The notes under the pieces were generated by a model. That model was not told the origin of the DNA and did no database searches. It saw nothing but the letters and a program-made list of their open reading frames with translations. Positions 16,455 through 26,082 of a stretch of 64,000 bases of DNA are shown here, piece after piece; positions within the stretch are counted from its first letter, which is position 1; each line of letters begins with the position of its first letter. The stretch spans positions 1,066-65,065 of the forward strand of contig RFQR01000003.1 of assembly GCA_009924895.1 (NCBI GenBank), given 5' to 3'. The stretch is from a bacterium. Lineage in GTDB: Bacteria > Patescibacteriota > Minisyncoccia > Phycocordibacterales > UBA2100. Position numbers and translations under genes: made by a program.

Positions 16455-16548
16455 TATGGGTAGTGCTTAGCGACTAGGGTTTAGTCACGAGCAAGGTCCA
16501 GAAATCTGAATTTATTTTCACTATACCCTAACCACTAGTGGCTATTTC
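16455..16548 (-). repeat. ORF-less copy of the flanks of the four-helix-bundle cassette
   Basis: 16519-16544 (minus) matches 20615-20640 at 24/26; AAACCCTAGT right-end motif shared with 20998-21007. Confidence 0.65.
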
Positions 16549-17343
16549 CTACATCTTGAGTTCTATCGAAACAGGGCAATGATCAGAACCAAGAATATCA
16601 GGATGTATTTCCGCCTTTTTTACCGATTTTTTGAGCGAATCGGTGACAAAAAAATAATCGATTCTCCAACCCACATTACGCGATCGAGCGTTTCCAAAAT
16701 TACTCCACCAGCTATAGTGACCATTGCCCTTGTGGAACATGCGAAAAGTGTCCACAAAACCCGCTGCAATAATCTTATCGGCTCCCTCTCGCTCTTCTTT
16801 TGTAAAACCATGCTCTCCCTCATTTTGTTTTGGGTTTGCAAGGTCATCGGGCGTATGAGCAACATTTAGATCACCGCAGAAAATAACAGGTTTTTCACTT
16901 TGGAGCTGTTTGCAGTAGAGGAGGAAGGCTGGGTCCCAATGTTTATGACGCATCTCAAGTCGCGAAAGGTCTGGTTTCGCATTCGGTGTATAGCAATTCA
17001 CGATGACAAAATCCTCGTATTCTGCTGCGATAACCCTCCCTTCGGCATTCAAATCACCATAGTCGTCGCGGAGGCGAAACTTTTTCATGATTGTTTCAGG
17101 GAACCCAAATCGAACTGATACTGGTTTCACTTTTGAAAATATAGCGGTACCGCTATAGCCTTTCTTGGTTGCAGAGTTCCAGTATTCTTCATATTCAAGA
17201 AGATCGACCTCCGACTGGTGCTCCTGTGCCTTCGTCTCTTGGAGGCACAAAATATCGGGTTTCAGTTGTTCGACCGCGGGAGTGAAAAGTCCTTTGCGAT
17301 GCACTGCCCGTATACCATTTACATTCCATGAAACGAGTTTCAT
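16549..17343 (-). CDS. xth: Exodeoxyribonuclease III / AP endonuclease
   Basis: SWNVNGIRA, LQETK, GDLNVAH, GWRIDYF, SDHCP. Confidence 0.96.
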   Translation of the reverse strand: MKLVSWNVNGIRAVHRKGLFTPAVEQLKPDILCLQETKAQEHQSEVDLLEYEEYWNSATKKGYSGTAIFSKVKPVSVRFGFPETIMKKFRLRDDYGDLNAEGRVIAAEYEDFVIVNCYTPNAKPDLSRLEMRHKHWDPAFLLYCKQLQSEKPVIFCGDLNVAHTPDDLANPKQNEGEHGFTKEEREGADKIIAAGFVDTFRMFHKGNGHYSWWSNFGNARSRNVGWRIDYFFVTDSLKKSVKKAEIHPDILGSDHCPVSIELKM

Positions 17344-17359
17344 GCAATCATCCTACCAT

Positions 17360-18268
17360 TTATGCACGTCGTTTGCCGTGAAATTTACTGTGAACCTCGC
17401 GGAGGTGTTTGTCGGTCACATGGGTGTAGACCTGCGTCGTAGCAATATTAGCGTGACCGAGGAGTGCTTGGACACTGCGCAAATCCGCACCATTCTCGAG
17501 GAGGTCCGTCGCAAACGAGTGGCGAATGACGTGTGGCGTGACTTTGCGCGTAATACCAGCCTTTATCGCATACTGTTTTACCATACGCTCTACCGAGCGG
17601 GTGGTAAGACGTTCAGGTTCTTTTTTACGCGATCCTTTACCGTAGCCAACGAAGAGCGCATCGCTTATGTCGCCACGCTTGTCGAGATACTTTTTAATTG
17701 CATGTTTCGCGGCAGGGGAGAGAAAGACAACGCGCACTTTTTCGCCCTTGCCTCGCACCGAAAATTCATCGCGTGACAAATCAAGATCATTATTGAGCGC
17801 ACACAATTCTGAGACGCGCAGTCCAGTAGAAAAAAAGAGTTCGAGAATAGCGCGATCGCGAAGCGCGGGAAGCTCCTCGCCCTGCGGCCCTTTCATGAGG
17901 CGGTCTAACTCTGCTGCGGTAATAAGATCGAGGTCGCGCGCGCCGATTTTGGCAAGTTCTATCTTTTCCGGATTGAGTGACGGAATCTCGAGTTTTCGTA
18001 GGTATTTGAGAAACGCACGTAGCGCAATTAAGTAATAGTTTTGCGTTTTGCGCTTCATTTCTCCTGAAACACCTTTTTGGCGATTAAGCCATGTGCGAAA
18101 CTCACGTACATTCGTTTCTGTTATATCACTTGGTTTTTTGACAGGGGAGTGCTCAAGAAAACGCTCTAAGTAGTGTTGGTAGTTCTCAACGGTTTTTACC
18201 GAGCGACCTTTTTCGATTTCGAGATATTCAAGGAATTGTCGGGTGAGGCCGCGCACATCGCTTACCAT
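17360..18268 (-). CDS. XerC/XerD-family tyrosine recombinase
   Basis: TGLRVSEL, GKGEK, TPHVIRHSFATDLL, LLGHANIATTQVYTH. Confidence 0.93.
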   Translation of the reverse strand: MVSDVRGLTRQFLEYLEIEKGRSVKTVENYQHYLERFLEHSPVKKPSDITETNVREFRTWLNRQKGVSGEMKRKTQNYYLIALRAFLKYLRKLEIPSLNPEKIELAKIGARDLDLITAAELDRLMKGPQGEELPALRDRAILELFFSTGLRVSELCALNNDLDLSRDEFSVRGKGEKVRVVFLSPAAKHAIKKYLDKRGDISDALFVGYGKGSRKKEPERLTTRSVERMVKQYAIKAGITRKVTPHVIRHSFATDLLENGADLRSVQALLGHANIATTQVYTHVTDKHLREVHSKFHGKRRA

Positions 18269-18552
18269 GCCGTGATTGTACCAGTGACCCTCTCTCCATG
18301 CACTTGACTTACTGTAGTGGTGGACAATGCCTCGCTGCTTTGCAACGAGATAGAGGGCAAAGCTGTTTTATGTACTGATCTCTGACAAAAAGCACATAGA
18401 AAACTGCTATTATGATGATATCGATGAATTTGAGCGCTCTAACTCATTCGAAAAAATTCCTCTCTCGCCAGAATTTTTCGAGCTCATGATTGAGTATGCA
18501 GATAACGTCGTTTAATTCTATCGAGTCAAGATCTGGCTCAAAAAACTATGTT

Positions 18553-19686
18553 TCATTTAAAATACTTTTTCTTTTTCAGTTTTTCGGGCAAATAGCTTTC
18601 TCCGTCATACATTTCATAGTCTTTGCCGTACTTCAAATCTTTCATGAGTTTTGTTGGTGCGTTACGGATTTTAAGCGGAATGGGGAGGGGGCCATATTTT
18701 TTCACATCTTCTTGCGCGGCACGCAGTGCGTCATATGCGCTCCTGTCTTTTTTACACCGAGACAAATAGGCAGCACCGTGAGCAAGGTTGATTGCAGCTT
18801 CGGGGTAGCCAACGGTTTCAACGGCACGAAATACCGCGTTTGCAACGACGAGCGCAGTCGGTTGCGCAAGCCCGACATCCTCAGAAGCAAAAATAACCAT
18901 GCGACGCGCGATAAAAATCGGATCTTCTCCTGCCTCAACCATACGCGCTAAGTAGTACATCGCCGCATCTGCTTGCGACGCGCGCATTGATTTAATAAAC
19001 GCAGAGATGGTGTTGTAGTGCTCTTCACCTTTTTTGTCATACCGAAAGAGGTTGGTTTGAAGGGCGTTTTTTAGATTTTCAACAGTTACTTCACCGTACA
19101 GCTTTTGCGCCGTCTCGAGCGCAGTGAGCGCCATGCGAGCATCACCATGAGCAAAACCGGTCAGCCATTCAAGTACATCCTTTTTTATTGGCACACAAGA
19201 GCGCTTAATAACTTTTTTTAATTCTGCATCAGAAAGTTCGTTGAGTACAAAAACACGGCACCGTGAGAGAAGCGGTGCAATAATTTCAAACGAAGGGTTT
19301 TCTGTCGTCGCCCCAATAAACGTTACATCGCCTCGTTCAACAAATGGTAATAAAAAATCTTGCTGTGCTTTATTGAAGCGGTGGATTTCATCAATAAAGA
19401 GAACCTTGGGCTTTTTGCTGAGTAACTGACCTCGCCCCAACACTTTTTTTATGTCATCTTTTCCCGCATCGACGGCGGAAAGTTCGAAAAATTCCGCATC
19501 AACAGCATGCGCGTATATACGAGCAAGCGTCGTCTTACCGCACCCTGGCGGACCCCAGAGCACAAACGAGAATAACTCTTTCTTCTCGATTGCTACACGA
19601 AGAGGCTTTCCTAGTCCAACGAGATGATCTTGGCCAACAAATTCGTGCAACACTTCTGGACGAATTCGAGAGGCGAGGGGTTCCAT
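18553..19686 (-). CDS. rarA: Replication-associated recombination protein RarA/MgsA
   Basis: GPPGCGKTT, DEIHRFNKAQQD, GATTENPSF, SAFIKSMR, ASEDVG. Confidence 0.95.
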   Translation of the reverse strand: MEPLASRIRPEVLHEFVGQDHLVGLGKPLRVAIEKKELFSFVLWGPPGCGKTTLARIYAHAVDAEFFELSAVDAGKDDIKKVLGRGQLLSKKPKVLFIDEIHRFNKAQQDFLLPFVERGDVTFIGATTENPSFEIIAPLLSRCRVFVLNELSDAELKKVIKRSCVPIKKDVLEWLTGFAHGDARMALTALETAQKLYGEVTVENLKNALQTNLFRYDKKGEEHYNTISAFIKSMRASQADAAMYYLARMVEAGEDPIFIARRMVIFASEDVGLAQPTALVVANAVFRAVETVGYPEAAINLAHGAAYLSRCKKDRSAYDALRAAQEDVKKYGPLPIPLKIRNAPTKLMKDLKYGKDYEMYDGESYLPEKLKKKKYFK

Positions 19687-19756
19687 ACCATGAGTATACG
19701 CAGCTATGCACTGTCCACAATTGCACACTCTCAAATTGGCAGTATCATGAACCAAT

Positions 19757-20275
19757 ATGAATAAGGTACTTATCGCATCTTTTGCCGTTGTTATTATTGC
19801 GCTTCTCGGCGGCGCGTATTATTACTTCTCACTATCCTCAGGAGCTGCATCTCAAAACAACCAAAACACTTCTGCCCAAACTCCTGCGGCAGGTGACAAG
19901 GTAGAAGCGCAGGAAGTGAAAGTCGGGACCGGGGCAGCAGCCGTCCCCGGAACTTTCGTTTCAGTCTTGTACGAAGGTAAGCTGGAAAATGGCACAACCT
20001 TTGATAGTTCCGCTGCACACAACAATGAGCCGCTTGTATTTGAACTAGGGACCCAGGGTCTCATTCCCGGGTTTCAAATTGGCGTCAACGGCATGAAAGA
20101 GGGTGGCGAACGCGTTATCGCTATTCCACCCGCACTCGGCTATGGGGACAAGGACGTGAAAGACCCTTCAGGAAAAGTCATTATTCCTGCTAATTCCAAG
20201 CTTATTTTCGCTCTGAAACTCATAAAAGTTGAGCAGAAGCCAGCGAACGCCTCCTCGACCTCGGTTAAGAAGTAA
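19757..20275 (+). CDS. Membrane-anchored FKBP-type peptidyl-prolyl isomerase
   Basis: N-terminal TM; YEGKLENGTTFDSS, IPGF, GMKEGGER, IPPALGYG, IPANS. Confidence 0.92.
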   Translation: MNKVLIASFAVVIIALLGGAYYYFSLSSGAASQNNQNTSAQTPAAGDKVEAQEVKVGTGAAAVPGTFVSVLYEGKLENGTTFDSSAAHNNEPLVFELGTQGLIPGFQIGVNGMKEGGERVIAIPPALGYGDKDVKDPSGKVIIPANSKLIFALKLIKVEQKPANASSTSVKK

Positions 20276-20343
20276 TTATGGCGTAACTACACGAAAAAGG
20301 CGCATACTTGTGCCTTTTTTGTGTGTATGGTATACTCCCAGAC

Positions 20344-20610
20344 ATGTTAACCAAGCGAAAGAAGGCAAACGCGACAAAAACCGTTCAGCGCCATGACACC
20401 GACACGGGTTCTCCTGAGGTGCAGGTAGCGCTTTTGACACGCCGGATTGAAGAGCTTTCTTCCCATTTGGACAAAAATAAGAAGGATAAGCATTCGCGTC
20501 GCGGTCTTTTGGGTCTCGTAGCGCAGCGCCGATCCCACTTGTCATATCTCGAAAAGACCAACAAGCGTGCGTATAACGCAGTCTTGAAAGAAGTTGGGCT
20601 CAAGAAATAG
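20344..20610 (+). CDS. rpsO: 30S ribosomal protein S15
   Basis: DTGSPEVQVALLT, KDKHSRRGLL. Confidence 0.97.
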   Translation: MLTKRKKANATKTVQRHDTDTGSPEVQVALLTRRIEELSSHLDKNKKDKHSRRGLLGLVAQRRSHLSYLEKTNKRAYNAVLKEVGLKK

Positions 20611-20646
20611 GCACTAGCCACTCGTGGATAGGGTATAGTGTAGAAT

Positions 20647-21006
20647 ATGCAGAGCTATCGAGAGCTTTTGGTATGGCAAAAAAGTATCGAATTGGTGGCA
20701 GAAATTTATAAATTAATATCACATTTTCCAAAATCAGAATTATTTGCATTAACCACCCAGGTGCGTAGAGCAGCTGTTTCAATACCATCAAACATTGCCG
20801 AGGGTTATACCCATAAGCATAAGGCAGAATACATTCAGTTTTTACGAATCGCATTCGGTTCAGGCGCAGAATTAGAGACACAACTTTGCATTGCGAAAAA
20901 AGTAGGACTTGCAGAAGAAAAACTTTTTATGATTTCTGATGGGCTCTTATCTGAAGTAATGCGCATGTTAAACAAATTACAATCATCCCTAGTGGCAAAA
21001 CCCTAG
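20647..21006 (+). CDS. Four helix bundle protein (23S rRNA-IVP / bAvd-like family)
   Basis: YRELLVWQKS, FPKSELFALTTQVRRAAVSIPSNIAEG, IAFGSGAELETQL; lower GC than neighbours. Confidence 0.92.
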   Translation: MQSYRELLVWQKSIELVAEIYKLISHFPKSELFALTTQVRRAAVSIPSNIAEGYTHKHKAEYIQFLRIAFGSGAELETQLCIAKKVGLAEEKLFMISDGLLSEVMRMLNKLQSSLVAKP

Positions 21007-21026
21007 TGACTAACTATCTATAACTT

Positions 21027-21626
21027 ATGGCAATTATTAAACATTCTGAACAGCGCGTGGGCGTCTTTATCGATACACAAAACGTCTATCACAGCGCGAA
21101 AAACATTTATCATACTCGTGCAAACTTTGGCGCAATCCTGAAAGATGCGGTCGCGGGCCGCCGCCTCGTGCGTGCTCGTGCGTATTCAGTAACCACCGAA
21201 AGTGGCGACGAAACAGCGTTTTTTGACGCTTTGACAAAAATTGGTATTGAAATGCGCACCAAAGATCTTCAGGTCTTTTCGGGCGGCGCCAAAAAGGCAG
21301 ATTGGGACGTGGGTCTCGCCATCGATGCGATAACCGCATCACCAAAACTCGATACCGTTATCTTAATTACTGGCGACGGCGACTTTGTGCCACTCGTACA
21401 GTATTTACAGATGCACGCGGGTTGTCAGGTAGAAGTAGTCTCGTTTGGCCGTTCCACCTCCTCAAAACTGCGAGAAGCAGCCGATGACTTCCTCGACCTC
21501 GATGAGGAAGCGCGAAAATATCTCTTAAATTACCGACCCCTACGCCATTCACGCCGTGGAACGAGCCGCACTGAAGGAAGTGAAGAACCATCAACAATTG
21601 AGGTGTCGTTACCGCCGGAAGAATAA
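21027..21626 (+). CDS. NYN/LabA (DUF88) domain protein
   Basis: VFIDTQN, KADWDVGLAID, TGDGDFVP, LREAADDF. Confidence 0.9.
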   Translation: MAIIKHSEQRVGVFIDTQNVYHSAKNIYHTRANFGAILKDAVAGRRLVRARAYSVTTESGDETAFFDALTKIGIEMRTKDLQVFSGGAKKADWDVGLAIDAITASPKLDTVILITGDGDFVPLVQYLQMHAGCQVEVVSFGRSTSSKLREAADDFLDLDEEARKYLLNYRPLRHSRRGTSRTEGSEEPSTIEVSLPPEE

Positions 21627-21639
21627 GTTTGAAACGTGG

Positions 21640-21984
21640 TTATCGAGTGATCTTGACTAGCCGCTCTCCATTTCCTTTGTCTTCGGATTCAACTTTGTAG
21701 CCAAAATCACTTTGGGCTTTTGCTAGCACTCTTTTGAAGGACTCTTCAAGTAGTCTTTGGCTATGACCTACCGTTCCGTCATCAATTGCATCAAACAAGT
21801 CTTTTGCGGCCTTATTTACCAAGATTGCAGAAGCCCATTCATCGTTTGAAACAATCAACTCAACTGTTTCTGTATTATTTCGCAAAAAATCAGTACCGCG
21901 CTCGATACTTTTTTGAACCAGAGGGTTTATTTTATCTGAACCTCCATCATTAAGTACATCAGGCAATAGGCATGTGAATACCAA
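21640..21984 (-). CDS. Hypothetical protein (low GC, possibly a fragment)
   Basis: Only ORF filling the gap; no recognisable motif; GTG start uncertain. Confidence 0.4.
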   Translation of the reverse strand: MVFTCLLPDVLNDGGSDKINPLVQKSIERGTDFLRNNTETVELIVSNDEWASAILVNKAAKDLFDAIDDGTVGHSQRLLEESFKRVLAKAQSDFGYKVESEDKGNGERLVKITR

Positions 21985-22046
21985 CTACTGAAGAAATTGT
22001 ATCACGACAAAATCAGCATTTTGTGGTACTGTGTGGACATTAGAAG

Positions 22047-22100
22047 CAACCCCCAGATACGTAGATCTCCCGATAACGGAGACCTAAAATCTGGAGGTTG
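22047..22100 (+). promoter_or_regulatory. Stem-loop in pnp 5' leader
   Basis: CAACC-CCCAGAT..TAG-A-TCTCC-loop-GGAGA-C-CTA..ATCTGG-A-GGTTG, 18 nt before the pnp ATG. Confidence 0.5.
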
Positions 22101-22118
22101 GTAAATTAAATAGTAATT

Positions 22119-24320
22119 ATGCAGAAAAAAGAGTATTCCCTTGAAATAGGAGGGAAGACAATGACCGCCGAGTTTAACGACTGGGCAAACCAAGCGAACG
22201 GTTCGGTTCTCTTGCGCTACGGCAACTCTGCCGTCCTCGCAACCGCAGTTATGGGTTCAAAGGAGTCAAATCTCGATTATTTCCCACTCTCTGTTGAATA
22301 CGAGGAGAAGTTTTACGCAGCGGGCGCAATTCTCGGTTCACGTTTTGTGCGTCGCGAAGGCCGCCCATCTGATGAGGCGGTCCTCTCAGGGCGCATTGTC
22401 GACCGTACCATCCGCCCCCTCTTTCCAAAGGGATTAAAGCGCGATGTGCAGGTCATCATCACCGTGCTCTCGCTCGAAGACTATGACCCCGATGTTCTCG
22501 CGGTTACTGCAGCGTCTCTCGCACTTTCTACTTCCAACATCCCATTTGGTGGACCGGTATCTGCCATACGCGTGGGACTTGAAGAGACTAGCGACAAATT
22601 CATAGTGAATCCTACTTACAAAGAGCGCGATGAGAGTGGTTCCCCTAAAGCAACGCTTGATCTCTTGGCATGTGGCAAAGACAATCTCATCAACATGATA
22701 GAAGTCGGCGCTCGTGAAGTTCCCGAGGACACACTCGAAAAGGCATTCACCTTTGCAAGTACCGAAATCGAAAAGATCCAAGGCTGGCAGAAGGGAATCG
22801 TCGCAGAACGCGGCATTGAAAAAGCTCCGTTTGTAAAACCAACTGATAACGAAGCTGTTACCGCACTCTGGATGAGTGAGATGGAACCAAAACTCCTCGC
22901 AACGGGCGGCGTGCTCGACAAAAAGAAACTCGGCGAGCTCAAATCTGATTGGCTGAAAATTGCAACCGAGAAAATGCCTGACGACGTGAAAGCTGCGGAT
23001 GGATACTACGAACACCGCCTCGACCAGTATGTTCACGACATCGCAATTGACGAAGGGAAGCGTGTCGACGGCCGCAAATTTGACGAGATTCGCTCACTCT
23101 ACGCACAGGCTGGCGGTGTCTCTCCTATGATCCACGGCACCGGCATCTTCTATCGTGGCGAAACACACGTCCTTGCAGCGCTTACGCTCGGCGGCCCAGG
23201 GGACGCGCAACTCGTCGACACTATCGAATACCGCGACACCAAGAAGACCTTTATGCTCCACTACAACTTCCCACCGTTTTCAGTGGGTGAGACAGGACGT
23301 ATGGGTGGTACCAACCGTCGCATGATTGGCCACGGCGCGCTCGCTGAGAAAGCACTGCGCGCCGTCATGCCAGAGAAAACTGATTTCCCGTATACAGTAC
23401 GTATCGTCTCAGAATGCCTCGCATCAAACGGCTCAACATCTCAGGCGACTATTTGTGCTGGCACGCTCGCACTCATGGACGCAGGTGTCCCTATCAAAGC
23501 CCCTGTTGCCGGTATTGCGATGGGTATGATGTCTGACCCGAAGCGAAATGCATACAAAGTGTTGACCGACATCCAAGGACCAGAAGATCACCATGGTGAT
23601 ATGGACTTCAAAGTTGCAGGCACCAAAGACGGTGTCACCGCGGTACAAATGGATGTGAAAGTAGAAGGCGTACCGCTTCCCGTACTCTTCGAGGCATTTG
23701 CGCAAGCAAAGAAAGCGCGCCTCCAGATTCTCGAAGCCATCACCAAGGAGATTGCAGCACCACGCCCACAACTTCCAACCCGTGCTCCAAAAATTCTTAC
23801 GCTCCAAGTCAAAGTGGACCAGATTGGTCTTGTTATCGGTCCTGGTGGCAAAACCATCAACGGCATCAAAGACCGCACCCAATGTGACGACATCACCATC
23901 GAAGAAGACGGTACCGTCTTTATTACCGGAAGCAACGGAACCGCAGAAGCAGCGCACAAAGAAATCTATGACCTCACCCGTGAATACATGGTGGGAGAGC
24001 GATTTGAAGGTGAGGTAGTTCGCATGATGGACTTTGGCGCCTTTGTTAAAATTGGTCCCAACACAGACGGACTCGTGCACGTCTCTGAAGTTGCACCATT
24101 TCGCATTGGCAACATTGCAGATGCCGTACAGATTGGTGATATTGTCCCAGTGGTCCTCAAAGAAATCGACGAAAAAGGGCGGTATAATCTTTCTATCAAA
24201 GCCGCTGATCCTGACTTTGCTGCTCGAAAGGGCTTGAAGCCACAAGAAGGCGGGGGAGACCGACATGACCGAGGAAACTTCAAACCACGACGCGACGACA
24301 AACCCTGGAGGGGAATCTAA
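22119..24320 (+). CDS. pnp: Polyribonucleotide nucleotidyltransferase (PNPase)
   Basis: RREGRPS, HYNFPPFSVGE, SNGSTS, GDMDFKVAG, KH and S1 domains. Confidence 0.97.
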   Translation: MQKKEYSLEIGGKTMTAEFNDWANQANGSVLLRYGNSAVLATAVMGSKESNLDYFPLSVEYEEKFYAAGAILGSRFVRREGRPSDEAVLSGRIVDRTIRPLFPKGLKRDVQVIITVLSLEDYDPDVLAVTAASLALSTSNIPFGGPVSAIRVGLEETSDKFIVNPTYKERDESGSPKATLDLLACGKDNLINMIEVGAREVPEDTLEKAFTFASTEIEKIQGWQKGIVAERGIEKAPFVKPTDNEAVTALWMSEMEPKLLATGGVLDKKKLGELKSDWLKIATEKMPDDVKAADGYYEHRLDQYVHDIAIDEGKRVDGRKFDEIRSLYAQAGGVSPMIHGTGIFYRGETHVLAALTLGGPGDAQLVDTIEYRDTKKTFMLHYNFPPFSVGETGRMGGTNRRMIGHGALAEKALRAVMPEKTDFPYTVRIVSECLASNGSTSQATICAGTLALMDAGVPIKAPVAGIAMGMMSDPKRNAYKVLTDIQGPEDHHGDMDFKVAGTKDGVTAVQMDVKVEGVPLPVLFEAFAQAKKARLQILEAITKEIAAPRPQLPTRAPKILTLQVKVDQIGLVIGPGGKTINGIKDRTQCDDITIEEDGTVFITGSNGTAEAAHKEIYDLTREYMVGERFEGEVVRMMDFGAFVKIGPNTDGLVHVSEVAPFRIGNIADAVQIGDIVPVVLKEIDEKGRYNLSIKAADPDFAARKGLKPQEGGGDRHDRGNFKPRRDDKPWRGI

Positions 24321-24345
24321 AGCACAAGTTTCAAGTGCTCCGTAT

Positions 24346-24380
24346 AAACCCGCGCCCGGTATTCTGGGCGCGGGTTTTTT
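24346..24380 (+). terminator. Intrinsic terminator after pnp
   Basis: AAACCCGCGCCCGG-TATT-CTGGGCGCGGGTTTTTT. Confidence 0.75.
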
Positions 24381-24468
24381 GACTCCTCCTCAGACGGTAA
24401 CAACTCCTCCGCCGACACCGGGAGAGACACCTCTCACCTTACAGACTATCGTACCTGAAAAAAGAAAG

Positions 24469-25488
24469 ATGCCCGATATGAAAGAAGATATTGCCCGCAT
24501 TCTCAAAGAGATACAGCTCCCTGAGCGGCGTGATGTGAAAAATACTCCCCCCGCTGTAGCGCCTACAGCACCCAGAGCAGTTCAACCACAGAGCGTGCCA
24601 CCCGAAAGGCAGGCCCCGCCAGAGCCGCTCGATGTGCCGCTGGTAAGTGGCATGCACACCTTAAAAGATGATCTTGTGCATGCCGCACGCGTACAAAATA
24701 TCACGGTTATTAAAGCGACGGCGCTCGAAGAACAAAAACGGCACCAAGAAAAGCCGAAAGATTTTGATAAAGCAGTGGCTCGTAGCAAAGTCTCGCCCGC
24801 GCTTACCGCGAGCAGCATTCTGTTCGTACTGGGTGTAGCCGCGCTTGTGGGCGTATACCTTGCAATGCCACAGGCGACCGAAACCACGGTCGCAGTACCT
24901 GACTCTCTCATGTTTGCGGAACAAACCGCACGCTTTCCTCTCAACCAAGAGTCTTCGTCTGACACACGTCGACTACTGTCGTCGCTGCGAAATCAAGGAG
25001 TAACACTCGGCGCCATGCTCCGCATTGCCGCAACGACCAATTCGTCTGGAGAAGACCGCCTTGCGAGTGCAGAAGAGTTCATTCGCTCCCTCGGGACGCA
25101 AGCGCCGGAGAGTTTCATGCGTTCGCTGCAGGGAATCCCATTCATCGGTATTCACTCAGTTGATCAAAATGCGCCAGTCTTGGTATTTAAAGTTTCATCG
25201 TACGAAAATGCATTTGCAGGAATGCTCTCGTGGGAAAAAACAATAAACCAGGATCTAAGTCCCTTCTTTACCGCGATTCCCGATACGGTGGTAAAAAATG
25301 GAGTACCAACCGTACGCACCTTTAGCGATGAGGTCATCAAAAACTATGACATTCGCGCACTGCGCGATGATAATGGAAAAATAGTTATGTACTATTCGTT
25401 TCCCTCGCGCTCTATTCTCATCATTGCCGAGAGCCCTTTTAGCTTCACTGAGTTACTCACACGTCTTCGTGCCCAGCGCGAGTTGTAG
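24469..25488 (+). CDS. Hypothetical single-TM protein with Pro-rich N-terminus (start uncertain; frame open from 24265)
   Basis: Long ORF, one TM (ILFVLGVAALVGVYL), C-terminal domain with YENAFAGMLSWE. Confidence 0.7.
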   Translation: MPDMKEDIARILKEIQLPERRDVKNTPPAVAPTAPRAVQPQSVPPERQAPPEPLDVPLVSGMHTLKDDLVHAARVQNITVIKATALEEQKRHQEKPKDFDKAVARSKVSPALTASSILFVLGVAALVGVYLAMPQATETTVAVPDSLMFAEQTARFPLNQESSSDTRRLLSSLRNQGVTLGAMLRIAATTNSSGEDRLASAEEFIRSLGTQAPESFMRSLQGIPFIGIHSVDQNAPVLVFKVSSYENAFAGMLSWEKTINQDLSPFFTAIPDTVVKNGVPTVRTFSDEVIKNYDIRALRDDNGKIVMYYSFPSRSILIIAESPFSFTELLTRLRAQREL

Positions 25489-25517
25489 GAGAGACGCGCG
25501 CAGTCTATACTGTGCAC

Positions 25518-25889
25518 ATGAAAAAGAAACACTCTGCAGAACTTGATCAGGTACAGTTCGAAGAATTGCGCTCCATGCTCGAAGCTGAGCGTGATTCGCT
25601 TCTCGAAGAGCTTGCCACCTATGGCGTAAAAAAAGACGGTGATTGGCAAGGGTCTTCCCTGAGTCCAGAAGGAGAGGAAAGTGATCCCATTGATGCAGCT
25701 GATCAGATTGAAGAACTCTCGGTAAATGTGCCCCTTGTTGAAGAACTTGAAAAACGGTTGAAAGAAGTAAATGCGGCGGTAGCAAAAATGGAAAAAGGCG
25801 GGTATGGTATCGATGAGGACAGCGGAGAAGACATTCCGTTTGATCGCCTGATGGCAAACCCGGCAGCACGCACCAACGTGGAAGAATAA
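25518..25889 (+). CDS. TraR/DksA family protein without the zinc-finger cysteines
   Basis: DPIDAADQIEE coiled-coil tip; GGYGIDEDSGEDIPFDRLMANPAA in place of YGxCxxCGxxI. Confidence 0.8.
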   Translation: MKKKHSAELDQVQFEELRSMLEAERDSLLEELATYGVKKDGDWQGSSLSPEGEESDPIDAADQIEELSVNVPLVEELEKRLKEVNAAVAKMEKGGYGIDEDSGEDIPFDRLMANPAARTNVEE

Positions 25890-26082
25890 GTTACACAAGA
25901 TAAAACAATGGCGCTAACCTCGGCGCCATTGTTTTCGTAAAAAGAGAACCACTCCTGGGTAGGAGTGGCAGAACAAAAGGGCGGAGATAACAAAAGGCGT
26001 TGGGCCGCGAGACAAAGCGGTTGTATGACCTCATGCCCAGCGTTATCCCCACTGCCGTAGTTATACACCAGACTTACTTTGC

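Noticed and set aside
17360-18268. Tyrosine recombinase as a prophage or island integrase
   Set aside because: Size and motifs fit housekeeping XerC/D, there is no arm-binding domain, neighbours are core genes, and no att site is adjacent.
18330-18515. Short acidic reading frame KLFYVLISDKKHIENCYYDDIDEFERS... between xer and rarA
   Set aside because: No valid start and no recognisable family. At most a gene remnant.
20647-21006. Diversity-generating retroelement (Avd-like gene)
   Set aside because: No reverse transcriptase and no TR/VR pair with adenine-specific mismatches was seen in the window.
25936-26082. Small hairpins upstream of comM as an ncRNA
   Set aside because: Short stems only, no second copy and no recognisable motif, so support is insufficient.
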